Part shown: positions 1 through 10,097 of the stretch, piece by piece
Layout of the letters: each line of letters begins with the position of its first letter
Position numbering within the stretch: position 1 is the first letter of the stretch
NCBI GenBank assembly: GCA_021785175.1
Contig: JAJYGH010000081.1
Span: 40,245-104,244 of the forward strand
DNA: 64,000 nt
Source: Chloroflexota bacterium
Lineage (GTDB): Bacteria; Chloroflexota; Limnocylindria; Limnocylindrales; CSP1-4
Direction of reading: 5' to 3'
Program-made: the position numbers and the translations under genes
Notes under the pieces: model-generated
The model's database searches: none
The model's input: only the letters and a program-made list of their open reading frames with translations
Told to the model about the DNA's origin: nothing

Positions 1-2
1 CC

Positions 3-1367
3 GGTGACTACACCTTTCCCGGGATGCTGCACCTCAAGATGGTCCGCAGCCCCGTCCACCACGCGATGATCCGCGGGGTCGACCTGTCGGGGGCGGAGCG
101 CGTTCCGGGCTTCGTCCGGGCGCTGACCTGGCGCGACGTCCCGCACAACGTCTACACGATCCTCGGCCTGATCGGCGTGGAGCCGGAGGAGGAGTTCGTC
201 CTCTCGCAGGACCGGGTCCGCTACAAGGGCGAGCCCATCGTCGCGATCGTCGCCGAGACGGAGGCGGCGGCGCTCGAGGCGGTCTCGGAGGTGCGCCTCG
301 ACCTCGAGGAACTGCCCGCCGTCTTCGACGTCGAGGAGGCGCTCCAGGCGGGCGCGCCGATCGTGACGCACTGGGGCAGCAACGCGTTCATGTTCGAGGG
401 GCATCCGAGCCGGCGCGTCCGGTTCGGGGACGTGGAGGCCGGCTTCGCGCAGGCCGACCACATCGTCGAGGCGACGTACAACTCGAGCCCCATCGAGCAG
501 GCACCGACGGAGACGACCGGGTGCGTGGCGGTCCCCGAGGCCGGGGGCCGCTTCACGGTCTACACCAACACCCAGGCGCTGTACTTCAGCCTCGACAACA
601 CCGCGATCATCCTCCAGGTCCCCGGGAAGCAGCTCCACTTCGTGGGAGGAACGGTCGGCGGCGGCTTCGGCGGCAAGGTCGACGTGATCGTCGAGCCGAT
701 CGCGACGCTCGCGGCCATGAAGACGGGCCGTCCGGTGCGGTACGTCTTCAGCCGCTCGGAGGAGATGCAGGTGTCGTCGACGCGAAGCGCCTGGCGCATC
801 CGCGTCCGCGACGGCGTCATGCGGGACGGTCGCATCGTCGCGCGGCAGGTGACGAGCTACGCGGATTCGGGGGCGTACAGCCGGCAGACACCCTACGCGC
901 TGACGAAGCACGCCGCGAACGCGGCCGGCCCGTACGCGATCCCGAACGTCTCGATCGACGCGTACTGCGTGTTCACGAACCGTACCCCGTCGAGCGCCAT
1001 GCGTGGGTTCGGCGTGACGATGGCGTCGTACGCGGTCGAGGTCCAGATGGACCGCATCGCGGAACGGGTCGGGGTCGATCCCTGGACGATCCGCTTCATC
1101 AACGCGTACCGGAACGGCGACATCAGGCCGCACCGCAAGCCCGCCGAGGACGCGACGCTCATCGAGACGATGCAGGCGGCCGCCGCGCTGGTGGGCCACG
1201 AGCTGACCGACGACCAGCGGACGCTGACCTCCGGGCCCAGGGCGTCCGAGCCGGCGGGCTCGCCGGGAGGGGAGGCGGCTCCGGCGGGTTCCCCCGCCGC
1301 CGGTGCCGCTGGTTCCGCCGGCACCCCGGCGGTCGTTGCGGGCTCGACCGCGGAAGGAGTCCGCTAG
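3..1367 (+). CDS. Xanthine dehydrogenase-family molybdopterin-binding subunit, N-terminal half of a split large subunit (5'-truncated by window edge)
   Basis: Frame open from window start (GDYTFPGMLHLK...). Motifs VRYKGEPIVAIVAET, GGTVGGGFGGK, SSAMRGFG. Ends before the C-terminal Mo-binding half. Confidence 0.9.
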   Translation, partial: GDYTFPGMLHLKMVRSPVHHAMIRGVDLSGAERVPGFVRALTWRDVPHNVYTILGLIGVEPEEEFVLSQDRVRYKGEPIVAIVAETEAAALEAVSEVRLDLEELPAVFDVEEALQAGAPIVTHWGSNAFMFEGHPSRRVRFGDVEAGFAQADHIVEATYNSSPIEQAPTETTGCVAVPEAGGRFTVYTNTQALYFSLDNTAIILQVPGKQLHFVGGTVGGGFGGKVDVIVEPIATLAAMKTGRPVRYVFSRSEEMQVSSTRSAWRIRVRDGVMRDGRIVARQVTSYADSGAYSRQTPYALTKHAANAAGPYAIPNVSIDAYCVFTNRTPSSAMRGFGVTMASYAVEVQMDRIAERVGVDPWTIRFINAYRNGDIRPHRKPAEDATLIETMQAAAALVGHELTDDQRTLTSGPRASEPAGSPGGEAAPAGSPAAGAAGSAGTPAVVAGSTAEGVR

Positions 1368-1369
1368 CC

Positions 1370-2479
1370 ATGGCGAAGCTTCGCGGGACGGGGATCGCCG
1401 CGGTCAACTATCCCACGGGCATGAACCTGGGCGGCGACCCCTCCCAGGCTCTCATCCACGCCACGACGAGCGGCTCGTTCGTGGTCACGCTCTCGAGCAG
1501 CGACCTCGGGCAGGGGCTCCGGACCGTCATCGGCCAGATCGCCGCGGAGACGCTGGGCGTCGCGGCCGACGAGATCGTCATCGACACCGCGGACACCGAC
1601 ACGGGCCCGCACTGCATGGGCACGTTCGCGAGCCGGGCCACGCACCGTGTCGGCAACGCGGTCAAGGCCGCTGCGCTGGAGACGCGTGGCGCGCTGCTCG
1701 AGGTGGCGGCGCTGGAGCTCGGCGCGCCGGTCGACCGTCTCGAGCTCGACGGCTTCGGGAACGTCCTGGTCGCCGGCGAACCGGCCCGCTGCGCGCGCGT
1801 CGCGGACGTCGCGTCGAAGGCGCAGTTCCAGTACGGGCGCACGATCTCGGGCCGGGGCGCGTACATGAAGCCGAAGAGCCCGGTCGACCCGGAGACGGGC
1901 GCGATGGACCCGGACTCGACGGAGGCGCACGCCTGCACCGTCGCGGAGGTCGAGGTCGATACGGAGACCGGACAGGTCGCGGTGCTCAGCATCAGGAGCG
2001 CCTACGAGGTCGGCCGGCAGGTCAACCCTGCGCTCGTCCGGGGCCAGATCGTCGGCGGGGCCTTCATGGGCATGTCGCACGCGCTGTACGAGACGACCGA
2101 GCCGTACTACCCGAACCCCGACCACAAGCCGAAGGACTTCAGTGAGTACGTGATGCCGGGGCCGGCGGAGCTGCCGGAGATCGACTGCGTCGTGCTCGAG
2201 GTGCCGTCGTCGACGGGCCCGTACGGCGTGAAGGGCGTGGGCGAGATGACGGCGAACTCGCCGATCCCGGCGATCGTGAACGCGATCTACCACGCGTGCG
2301 GGGTGCGGTTCGACGACCTGCCGGTGACGGCCGAGAAGATCCTGCGGGGGCTCGAGTCGAAGCGGTCGGCTGAGGGTGCCGGGCCGGGAGTGACCGGATC
2401 GGGCTCCAACCGCCCGGACGCCGCTTCGAACGCCGGCTCGGACGCGTCGGGCACAGCCGACGCCGCGGGAGGCCGCTGA
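1370..2479 (+). CDS. Xanthine dehydrogenase-family molybdopterin-binding subunit, C-terminal half (NdhM-like medium subunit)
   Basis: ATG at 1370, 2 nt after the upstream stop. Motifs SDLGQGLRT, GTFASR, VEVDTETGQV, GQIVGG, GPYGVKGVGE (catalytic Glu). Confidence 0.9.
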   Translation: MAKLRGTGIAAVNYPTGMNLGGDPSQALIHATTSGSFVVTLSSSDLGQGLRTVIGQIAAETLGVAADEIVIDTADTDTGPHCMGTFASRATHRVGNAVKAAALETRGALLEVAALELGAPVDRLELDGFGNVLVAGEPARCARVADVASKAQFQYGRTISGRGAYMKPKSPVDPETGAMDPDSTEAHACTVAEVEVDTETGQVAVLSIRSAYEVGRQVNPALVRGQIVGGAFMGMSHALYETTEPYYPNPDHKPKDFSEYVMPGPAELPEIDCVVLEVPSSTGPYGVKGVGEMTANSPIPAIVNAIYHACGVRFDDLPVTAEKILRGLESKRSAEGAGPGVTGSGSNRPDAASNAGSDASGTADAAGGR

Positions 2480-2480
2480 C

Positions 2481-2879
2481 GTGGGCCAGATCACCACGTG
2501 GGACGAGTTCCCGACGGTCGAGTACGTCCGGGGCGTGAGCCGCCAGGCGGTGTCGGGCGAGAAGGTCATGCTGACCCGGATCGTCTACCGCGACGGCGTC
2601 GTGATCCCGGAGCATCACCACCCCGCCGAGCAGATCATGCTCGTCGAGCGCGGCCGGCTCTGGGCGAAGGTCGGCGACGAGGAGGCCGAGGTCGGCCCGG
2701 GCTCTCTCCTCGTGATCCCGTCCGACTGGGTTCATGCGTTCCGCCAGCTCGGCGACGAGGAGGTCGTGTTCTACGAGTGCTTCGCGCCGATCCGGCTCGA
2801 GTACCTCGTCGGGTTCAAGGGACCGGACCCATCGCTCGCGATGATGCAGGAGGCGCTCGGCCGCGAGGCGGACGGCTGA
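2481..2879 (+). CDS. Cupin domain protein
   Basis: PEHHHPAEQ...G and IPSDWVH cupin motifs; starts 1 nt after the upstream stop. Confidence 0.85.
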   Translation: MGQITTWDEFPTVEYVRGVSRQAVSGEKVMLTRIVYRDGVVIPEHHHPAEQIMLVERGRLWAKVGDEEAEVGPGSLLVIPSDWVHAFRQLGDEEVVFYECFAPIRLEYLVGFKGPDPSLAMMQEALGREADG

Positions 2880-2892
2880 CGGGCGGCCGGGT

Positions 2893-3942
2893 TCACCAGC
2901 CGGCGCCATCGGCCAGGCGCTCCCAGACGAGATCCGCGCCGGCGCGCGCCGTGCCTGCCGCGAGCGCCGCGCGCTGCCGGTCCCACGCGGCCCGCGCCGA
3001 TCCGGCATCCTGCGCCGCGAACCTGACGCCGTATCCCGGCCGCAGCTGCCCCAGCCGCGGCCACTCCCACCGCGGCACCACGCCGATCACCGGGTAGCCG
3101 CCGATCGTCGGGCCGTCGACGAACAGGATCACGGGCCGGCCGTCGGCGGGAACCTGGATTGCGCCGGGCAGCATCGGATGCGACAGGATCTCGCGGCCCG
3201 GTGCCAGGGCCTCGACACCGTCGTGGGGCTCGAGCCGGATGCCCATCCGGTCGCACGCGTCGGCGACGCGCCAGCTCCGGGCCCGGAACGCCTCGACCGC
3301 GCGCCCGTGGAGATGCCGGAGATCCGGGCCGGGCACGAACGCGATCGGGTCCACCGACCGTGCGGGATGCGGAGCGAGCGCGGCCGGCCACGTCCTGCCG
3401 ACAGCGTCGAGGTGTCCGCGCCGGACGGGCGCGATGACATCGCCGGCGCGCAGCGGACGTCCGTCGATCCCGCCGAGAGCTGCTGCGACACAGGTCGACG
3501 CGGAGCCGAGGACGAGGCGGGCGTCGATCCCGCCGGGCAGCCCGAGGTACGCGCGCATCCCCGTGCCGCCCGCGAACCCGATCTCCGCGCCCGCCGCCAC
3601 GCGGTGGACGCGGCCCGGCGCGAGGCGGGTGCCGTCGTCGAGTTCCGCGCCCAGGTCTCCGCCTGACAGCGCGACGGCGCACGTCTCGATGGCTCGCAGG
3701 CGGGTCCCGCCGAGCGTGACCTCGAGCGCGACGGGGCCGGACCCGTTGACGGGACGCACTGCGGAAACGGCCGCGCTCGAGGCGTCGCCGGCGCCGTCCG
3801 GCCTTCCGTCCGCCAGCAGGATCGCGACCTCGTACGACCAGGGATCGGCAGGCCCGGACGGGGGTACCCCGAGGTGCGCGAGGCCGGGCCTGCCGCGGTC
3901 CTGCAGGGTGAGAAGAGCGCCGGGCGAGACGACCTCGAGCAC
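2893..3942 (-). CDS. pxpC: 5-oxoprolinase subunit C (allophanate hydrolase subunit 2-like)
   Basis: LTLQDRGRPG..GVPPSGPAD, DRMGIRL, PGAIQVPADGRPVILFVDGPTIGGYP. Confidence 0.9.
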   Translation of the reverse strand: MLEVVSPGALLTLQDRGRPGLAHLGVPPSGPADPWSYEVAILLADGRPDGAGDASSAAVSAVRPVNGSGPVALEVTLGGTRLRAIETCAVALSGGDLGAELDDGTRLAPGRVHRVAAGAEIGFAGGTGMRAYLGLPGGIDARLVLGSASTCVAAALGGIDGRPLRAGDVIAPVRRGHLDAVGRTWPAALAPHPARSVDPIAFVPGPDLRHLHGRAVEAFRARSWRVADACDRMGIRLEPHDGVEALAPGREILSHPMLPGAIQVPADGRPVILFVDGPTIGGYPVIGVVPRWEWPRLGQLRPGYGVRFAAQDAGSARAAWDRQRAALAAGTARAGADLVWERLADGAGW

Positions 3943-3948
3943 GTCAAT

Positions 3949-4686
3949 TCATGGGTGAGGACGACGAGGGGGAATCGGCACGAACCGGACGCGGTCGCCG
4001 GGCGCGAGGAGCGCGGGCGGATCGCGTCCGGGGTCCCAGAGCGCGGCGTCGGTACGCCCGATGAGGTGCCAGCCGCCGGGCGTCTCGAACGGGTAGATGC
4101 CGGCCTGGCGGCCCGCGATCGCGACGCTGCCGGCGGGCACGCGGACGCGCGGCGTCGCGCGGCGCGGGAGATCGAGGGCGGCGGGCAGGAAGCCGAGGTA
4201 TGGGAACCCGGGCATGAACCCGACCACGAGCACGCGGTACTCGACCGACGCGTGGAGCGCGATGACCTGCTTCTCCGACAGCCCCGTGCGCCCGGCGACC
4301 TCCGCGAGATCCGGGCCATCCGACCCGCCGTACGACACCGGGATCTCGTGCCGCACGCCGCCGTCGAAGGGCAGCGGGATCTCGCTCCTGGTGACGCGGC
4401 CGCGCTGCGCGCGCTGCCGCGTCCCGGCGAGCGCTGCCAGGAGCAGGTTCCTCAGCTCGTTCTCGGACATGCGATCGGGCTCGAACGACACGAGGACGCT
4501 GGCGTGGCCCGGCACGGGGGCGCCGAGGCCGGGCATCTCCGCCCGCCGGCGCTCGAGCCAGGCCGCTGCCCGAAGCGCCCAGCCGCTCGTCTCGATATCG
4601 AGGTCGTCGCCGAGGGACGCGATCAGGGCCGCGTCGCCGGCCTGGTCGATGCGGGGCGCCGGCGGCTCGCTGCGACCCTCAGGCAC
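3949..4686 (-). CDS. pxpB: 5-oxoprolinase subunit B (KipI-like)
   Basis: [53 protein letters not shown] start chosen because it overlaps the pxpA stop. Confidence 0.9.
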   Translation of the reverse strand: MPEGRSEPPAPRIDQAGDAALIASLGDDLDIETSGWALRAAAWLERRRAEMPGLGAPVPGHASVLVSFEPDRMSENELRNLLLAALAGTRQRAQRGRVTRSEIPLPFDGGVRHEIPVSYGGSDGPDLAEVAGRTGLSEKQVIALHASVEYRVLVVGFMPGFPYLGFLPAALDLPRRATPRVRVPAGSVAIAGRQAGIYPFETPGGWHLIGRTDAALWDPGRDPPALLAPGDRVRFVPIPPRRPHP

Positions 4687-5443
4687 CGGGCGCGCGCACC
4701 TCGACGCCGGCCGCTTCGAGCGCTCGGCGGACCGCTGCAGCGATCGCGGGCGCGCCGGGCGTGTCGCCGTGCAGGCAGATCGTGTCGGCCGGGACCGCGA
4801 CCCGGGAGCCATCGACGGATCTCACCCGCCCGTCACAGGCGATCGCAACGGCCTGCGCCGCGGCCACCTCCGGATCCTCATTGAGCGCTCCCGGCAGGTC
4901 GCGCGACCGGAGCCGGCCCGACGGCTCGTACGCGCGGTCGGCGAACCCCTCCGCGAGCGGCCGCAGGCCGAGATCGACGGCGGCCGCGAGCAGCAGCGAG
5001 CCGGGTGGGCCGACGATGGCGAGGCGGGAATCCAGCCGAGCGACCGCCCGGACGAACGCCATCGCGGCGGCCCCGTCGCCGGCGACGTGGTGGTACAGGG
5101 CGCCGTGCGCCTTGACGTGGACGAGGCGGCCGCCCTCCGCGCGGGCTATCCCGGCAAGGGCGGCGACCTGGTACAGCACCGCAGCTTCGAGTTCCTCCGG
5201 GGCGATCGACATCGCCCGACGCCCGAACCCCACGAGATCCGGAAAGCCCGGGTGCGCGCCGACCGCCACCCCGGCATCGACGGCCAGGCGAACCGTTCGC
5301 CGAATCGTGAGGGGATCACCTGCGTGGAACCCGCACGCGACGTTGGCCGAGGTGAGGAACGGCATGAGGGCGGCGTCTGCGCCCATCTGCCACGCCCCGA
5401 GGCTCTCGCCGACGTCGGCGTTGAGATCGATGTGGCCGGCCAT
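4679..5443 (-). CDS. pxpA: 5-oxoprolinase subunit A (LamB/YcsF family)
   Basis: [53 protein letters not shown]. Confidence 0.95.
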   Translation of the reverse strand: MAGHIDLNADVGESLGAWQMGADAALMPFLTSANVACGFHAGDPLTIRRTVRLAVDAGVAVGAHPGFPDLVGFGRRAMSIAPEELEAAVLYQVAALAGIARAEGGRLVHVKAHGALYHHVAGDGAAAMAFVRAVARLDSRLAIVGPPGSLLLAAAVDLGLRPLAEGFADRAYEPSGRLRSRDLPGALNEDPEVAAAQAVAIACDGRVRSVDGSRVAVPADTICLHGDTPGAPAIAAAVRRALEAAGVEVRAPGA

Positions 5444-5604
5444 CCTGCGCTCTCTGGACCCGCGGCGAGACCGCGTCGCCGTCGCGCTCGATCCTACGCG
5501 CCGCCCGCGAATTCGCTCGAGCGATCCACGAATTCAGGACGGTTTCAGGGACGCGCATCACCATGATCCGCGTCTCCTCCCTCCTCCTCGGAGACGACGC
5601 GAGC

Positions 5605-5634
5605 AGAGCCCCGGCACTCCCCCGCCGGGGCTCT
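5605..5634. other. Perfect 11-bp GC-rich hairpin in the divergent pxpA/cpaF intergenic region
   Basis: agagccccggc-(actccccc)-gccggggctct; no clear U-tract, role unknown. Confidence 0.5.
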
Positions 5635-5855
5635 CGATTCCCGGGCCGGGCGCCAGGGCCGAGACGATCCCGCCTCTCGTTCCTCGCCACTCCTTCCCCC
5701 ACCCGTTCGGCGGCAGGCAGGACCCCATGGTCCCATTGCCCGGTTGTCCGAACGCACCGGGGCGGTACTCTTCTGCGGTGGCGAGGCGACTGCCCCGCCG
5801 AGGCTCGGCTCGCGGCCGCCTCGGGTCGTGGCCGGTCAGGGAGGCCGGGGGAACG

Positions 5856-7730
5856 ATGTCTCTGCTCCGCCGGGAAGCGCAGGCACAGCAGCGTGTCGAC
5901 ACGGACGGGCCCTCCACGCCGCCCGTCCCGAGCGCCCAGGCCTCCCGCCTGGCGCCCGTCGCGTCCGGCCGCGAGGAACTCCTCCGCGACCTGAGCCTGC
6001 GTCTCCAGGGTGAGGTCATCGGCGAGTTCGACTCGCTCATCCAGATCTCCGAGCAGGCGGATGTCCGCGCCAAGGTCGAGGAGCTGATCGAGCGGATCAT
6101 CCGCCAGCGCCAGTTCACCGTGACCCGCGACGAGCGCCTGCGGCTCGTGCAGGGCATGGTCGACGAGATCATGGGACTCGGACCGCTCGAGCCGCTGCTC
6201 GCCGACGACACGATCACCGAGGTGATGGTCAACGGCCCGAAGCAGATCTACATCGAGCGGGGGGGCAAGATCCAGCGCGTCGACACCGCATTCATGAGCG
6301 AGGAGCACGTGATGCGCATCGTCGACCGGATCATTGCACCGCTTGGGCGTCGACTCGACGAATCGAGCCCGCGCGTCGACGCGCGCCTGCCCGACGGCTC
6401 GCGCGTGAACGTCATCATCGCCCCGCTCTCGCTCGTCGGTCCCGTCATCACCATCCGCAAGTTCGCAGCCAGGCCGTTCACGGTCGAGGACCTCATCGGC
6501 TTCGGCACGTCGACCGCCGAGATGTTCGACTTCCTGCGCGCGTGCGTCGAGGCGCGCCTCAACATCTTCGTCTCGGGCGGCACCGGGTCCGGCAAGACGA
6601 CGTTCCTGAACGTCCTCTCGTCGTTCATCCCGAACGACGAGAGGATCATCACCGTCGAGGACGCCGCCGAGCTGCAGCTGCGCCAGGACCACGTGGTGAC
6701 GCTCGAGGCGCGGCCGCCGAACCTCGAGGGCACCGGCGAGATCACGATCCGTGACCTCATGCGCAACGCGCTCCACATGCGGCCCGACCGGATCATCGTC
6801 GGCGAGTGCCGCGCGGGCGAGGCGCTCGACATGCTCCAGGCGATGAACTCGGGCCAGGAGGGGTCGCTCTCGACCGGCCACGCGAACACGCCGCCGGACA
6901 TGCTGCGCCGCCTCGAGACGATGGTGCTGATGACCGGCTACGAGTTGCCGCTGCGAGCCATCCGCGAGCAGATCGCGTCGGCGGTCGACCTGATCGTCCA
7001 CACCGCGCGCCTCAAGGATGGGTCGCGCAAGGTCGTGAACATCACGGAGGTCTTCGGGCTCGAGGACGACGACATCCTGACCCAGGACATCTTCGCGTTC
7101 GAGCAGACCGGCGTCGTGGACGGGCGGATCCAGGGGCGCCTGTCGGCGACGGGCGTCCGCCCCACCTTCATGCCGCGCTTCAGGGCGAGCGGTATCGTCC
7201 TCCCGCCGGGCGAGTACGGCATCCCGCCCGAGGATCCGACGAAGCCGACGAGGCCGGGCAAGGGTCGCTGGGCCCTCGTGGACGCGGCCCAGGGGCTCGA
7301 CCCGTCGCGACCCGTGGTCGGCTCCGGGCGGGTCGTCGTCGCCGGCGGCATGGTGTACGTCTCGTCGATCGGACCGGTGGACCCGGCGACCGGGCAGGTG
7401 GCAGGGACGACGATCAGGACGCAGGCGCGCCAGTGCCTCGTGAACCTGAAGTCGAAGCTGGAGGACGCGGGCAGCTCGCTGGACCGGGTGGTGTGGGCGA
7501 ACTGGTCGCTGCGGGATCCGGGCGAGTTCGACGAGTTCAACGAGGAGTGGGCGCGCTGGTTCCCGGCCGACGCGCCGATCGGGCAGGGCACGCTCATGCC
7601 GCCGCTGCTCCGGCGGGCCGGGTTCCGCGTCTCGATCGGCGTGATCGCGCAGGCAGGTGACGGCGAGCCTCCGGAGGCCAGCCATTCCGGGGCCGGGTCC
7701 GTGCTCCGGCCGGCGCTCCCCGGCGTCTGA
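5856..7730 (+). CDS. cpaF: CpaF/TadA-family (Flp pilus) secretion ATPase with C-terminal RidA/YjgF-like domain
   Basis: GLGPLEPLL, EVMVNGP, VDARLPDGSR, Walker A GGTGSGKT, TVEDAAEL, LHMRPDRIIVGE, STGHAN, then an in-frame Rid-like region (VVVAGGMVYVS...DPATG...QARQCLVNLKSKLEDAGSSLDRVV). Alternative in-frame GTG start at 5778. Confidence 0.9.
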   Translation: MSLLRREAQAQQRVDTDGPSTPPVPSAQASRLAPVASGREELLRDLSLRLQGEVIGEFDSLIQISEQADVRAKVEELIERIIRQRQFTVTRDERLRLVQGMVDEIMGLGPLEPLLADDTITEVMVNGPKQIYIERGGKIQRVDTAFMSEEHVMRIVDRIIAPLGRRLDESSPRVDARLPDGSRVNVIIAPLSLVGPVITIRKFAARPFTVEDLIGFGTSTAEMFDFLRACVEARLNIFVSGGTGSGKTTFLNVLSSFIPNDERIITVEDAAELQLRQDHVVTLEARPPNLEGTGEITIRDLMRNALHMRPDRIIVGECRAGEALDMLQAMNSGQEGSLSTGHANTPPDMLRRLETMVLMTGYELPLRAIREQIASAVDLIVHTARLKDGSRKVVNITEVFGLEDDDILTQDIFAFEQTGVVDGRIQGRLSATGVRPTFMPRFRASGIVLPPGEYGIPPEDPTKPTRPGKGRWALVDAAQGLDPSRPVVGSGRVVVAGGMVYVSSIGPVDPATGQVAGTTIRTQARQCLVNLKSKLEDAGSSLDRVVWANWSLRDPGEFDEFNEEWARWFPADAPIGQGTLMPPLLRRAGFRVSIGVIAQAGDGEPPEASHSGAGSVLRPALPGV

Positions 7731-7859
7731 TCCCGGGCGCGTGCATTCCCTGCGCGCCCCCTCCCGACGGGTGGCTGGTCCTCGCCGTGCGAAGGCTGGG
7801 ATTGCCGCCGTGACGCGACGCGGGTGCGCGCGTCGGCGCTCGAGTCGGGCCGCGAGCGG

Positions 7860-8213
7860 GACGCGGTGCGGGTGATGGCCGCCGCCCCGGCGCACGTCGG
7901 CGACCTGGCCGAGTGCCGCGACCGGGTCCGCTGGTTCCCGGCGCTCGTCGGCAACCACGTCGTCGACCTCGTGAACCGCTACCGGGGCGACGACCTGCCG
8001 GCCGGCCTGACGACGTACGTCCGGACGCGCACCGGGTACGACTACCTGCACCATGCCGAGGTGGGCTCGTCGAACGCCGAATTCGTGACCGACGAGATCG
8101 TCGATCGGTTCTGCCTGGTCGGTCCGGTCGAGGCGCACGTCGCGAAGCTCCGGGAACTCGTCGCGGCGGGCGTCGACCAGTTCAACGTGTACCTGATGAA
8201 CGGCGACGAGGAC
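7860..8213 (+). pseudogene. C-terminal fragment of an LLM-class (F420-dependent, TIGR03842-like) oxidoreductase
   Basis: AAPAHVGD..RDRVRWFPALVGNHVVD...GYDYLHH...FVTDEIVDRFCLVGPVEAHVAKLRELVAAGVDQFNVYL. Only about 120 aa, with no N-terminal two-thirds and no convincing start. Confidence 0.7.
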
Positions 8214-8337
8214 GCCCGCAGTTCAGCGGCCGACTCGCCACCGGCGCGTGCCTGGCCCCTGCGGCTCGGCACTGGACGCCGGTCGGTCGATCCCGAGCGT
8301 CTTCGCGATCAGCTCGGCTCGTGTGATGCCGGGCGCG

Positions 8338-9960
8338 TCAGCTGCAGCGCGTGCCGGACTTCGGGACCGTCAGCGAGATCAGGTACGCATCGACCGCGCT
8401 GTCGATGCAGGCGCTCTGGCCGTACGCCGTGTGCCCCTGTCCGACCCGCGTGAGGAGCACGCCCGACCGGAGCTCGCCCGCGAGTTTGACGGCCCACGAG
8501 TACGGCGTCGCGGGGTCGCCTGTCGTCCCGATCACGACGATCGGGGGCGCGCCCGCGGCGCGCGGCGCGACGGGGTCGTGGGCCGGGTGGAACGGCCAGA
8601 AGGCGCACTCCAGGCCGCTGTACGCCTCGTTTGCCCCGAACCACGGCGCCTTCTGCTCGAGCGTCGTCGCGAGCTGCTCGTAGAACGACACGCTCGTCGG
8701 CACGACGGTGTCTGCGCACGTCACCGCGGTGTTCGCCGCCGCGATGTTGCTGTACGTCCCGTTCGGGTTGCGCTGGTCGTAGGAGTCGGCGAGCCGCAGC
8801 AGGATCGAGCCATCGCCCGCCTGCGCGAGCGCGAGTCCCTGCCCCAGCGCTGGCCACGCGGACACGTCGTACAGCGCCGCCGTGACGCCGGTCAGTGCGA
8901 CGCCCAGCGTCACCGGGCGGGGATCGCCGGATTCGAGGGCGGGCAGGGGCGACTGGTTGATGCGGGCCATGAGGGCGTCGAACGCGGCCTTCGGCTGGCC
9001 GCCGTTCGAGAACGCGCAGTTCTGGCTCGCGGCGCACGCCGTGAAGAAGGCGTTGAGGTTCGCGGAGAAGCTCTCCGCCTGCTGGATGAGGGAGTCGACG
9101 AACGGCAGCGTCGGATCGACCGCGCCGTCCAGCACGAACGCACGGACGCGCGCCGGGTAGAGGTTGGCGTACGTCGAGCCCAGGAACGTGCCGTACGAAA
9201 AGCCGAGGTAGGTGAGCTTCGGATCCCCAAGGGCCGCCCGGATCGCGTCCATGTCCCTTGCCGCGTCGACCGTGCTCATGTACGGCAGCAGCGCCCCGCT
9301 GTGCGCCTCGCAGCCTGCGTCGAACGTCTTCGCGGCGTTGACGATCGCCTGCCGCTCGGCCGCGGTGGTCGGAATGGGATCGAGCGCGATCATGCGGTCC
9401 ATCGTCGGCCCGCTCACACACTCGATCGCGGGCTGGCTCGCCCCGACGCCGCGCGGATCGAAGCCGATGATGTCGAAGTGGGCGCGGAGGTTCGCCGAGA
9501 AGAGCGACTGCCCCGCCTCCCGCACGAACGTCACGCCGGAGTCGCCGGGCCCCCCGGGATCGGTCAGCAGGTCGCCGATCTTCGGTCCCGGGCCCATCGC
9601 GGGCAGCCGGATCAGCGCGAGGCGCATCGAACCGTTCGCAGGGTGGGCGTAGTCGACCGGAACGGTCACCGTCCCGCACTCGAACGGCGCACCGCAGGCC
9701 GTCCACGCGATCGTCCCGGACGGAGACGACGAGGGCAGCCCGGACGACGACGACGGAGCGGACGACGGAGGCACCGCCGACGATGCGGTCGACGCCGATG
9801 CAGACGGCGATCCGAAGGCGGACGCCTGCGCCGACACCGCTGCCGACGGGCTGAGCGGAGGCATGGTGCCGCTGGGATGGGTCGCGGTGCAGGCTGAGAC
9901 GACGAGGCTCGCGAGCAGGATCAGGCCTCGGCGCGCGGCGGTCACGCGCGCGCGGTTCAC
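8338..9960 (-). CDS. Secreted/lipoprotein alpha/beta hydrolase (TAP-like tripeptidyl aminopeptidase family)
   Basis: Lipobox LVVSAC, Ser/Pro linker, DPGGPGDSG, GFDPRGVG, GFSYGT nucleophile, DPATP, GHTAY. Start could be 10041. Confidence 0.9.
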   Translation of the reverse strand: MNRARVTAARRGLILLASLVVSACTATHPSGTMPPLSPSAAVSAQASAFGSPSASASTASSAVPPSSAPSSSSGLPSSSPSGTIAWTACGAPFECGTVTVPVDYAHPANGSMRLALIRLPAMGPGPKIGDLLTDPGGPGDSGVTFVREAGQSLFSANLRAHFDIIGFDPRGVGASQPAIECVSGPTMDRMIALDPIPTTAAERQAIVNAAKTFDAGCEAHSGALLPYMSTVDAARDMDAIRAALGDPKLTYLGFSYGTFLGSTYANLYPARVRAFVLDGAVDPTLPFVDSLIQQAESFSANLNAFFTACAASQNCAFSNGGQPKAAFDALMARINQSPLPALESGDPRPVTLGVALTGVTAALYDVSAWPALGQGLALAQAGDGSILLRLADSYDQRNPNGTYSNIAAANTAVTCADTVVPTSVSFYEQLATTLEQKAPWFGANEAYSGLECAFWPFHPAHDPVAPRAAGAPPIVVIGTTGDPATPYSWAVKLAGELRSGVLLTRVGQGHTAYGQSACIDSAVDAYLISLTVPKSGTRCS

Positions 9961-10097
9961 TGGGGTCGGCTCACGGGCGGTTTCCCTGTCTGACGCGACA
10001 CGAGTCGGTCGCTGACGGCCATCGTACGGCTCGTTCGTCATTCCCCGCCGGCCGCAGGCAGTCGGCCCGGAGCGCCCCGGTCGGCTACCCTTGCCGC

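Noticed and set aside
4761-5777. 365-aa N-terminal extension of CpaF in the ORF track
   Set aside because: It is antisense to pxpA and has shadow-ORF composition; the real start is 5856 or 5778.
5444-5855. Flp pilin or c-di-GMP riboswitch upstream of cpaF
   Set aside because: No G-x4-EY hydrophobic pilin ORF and no recognisable riboswitch consensus found.
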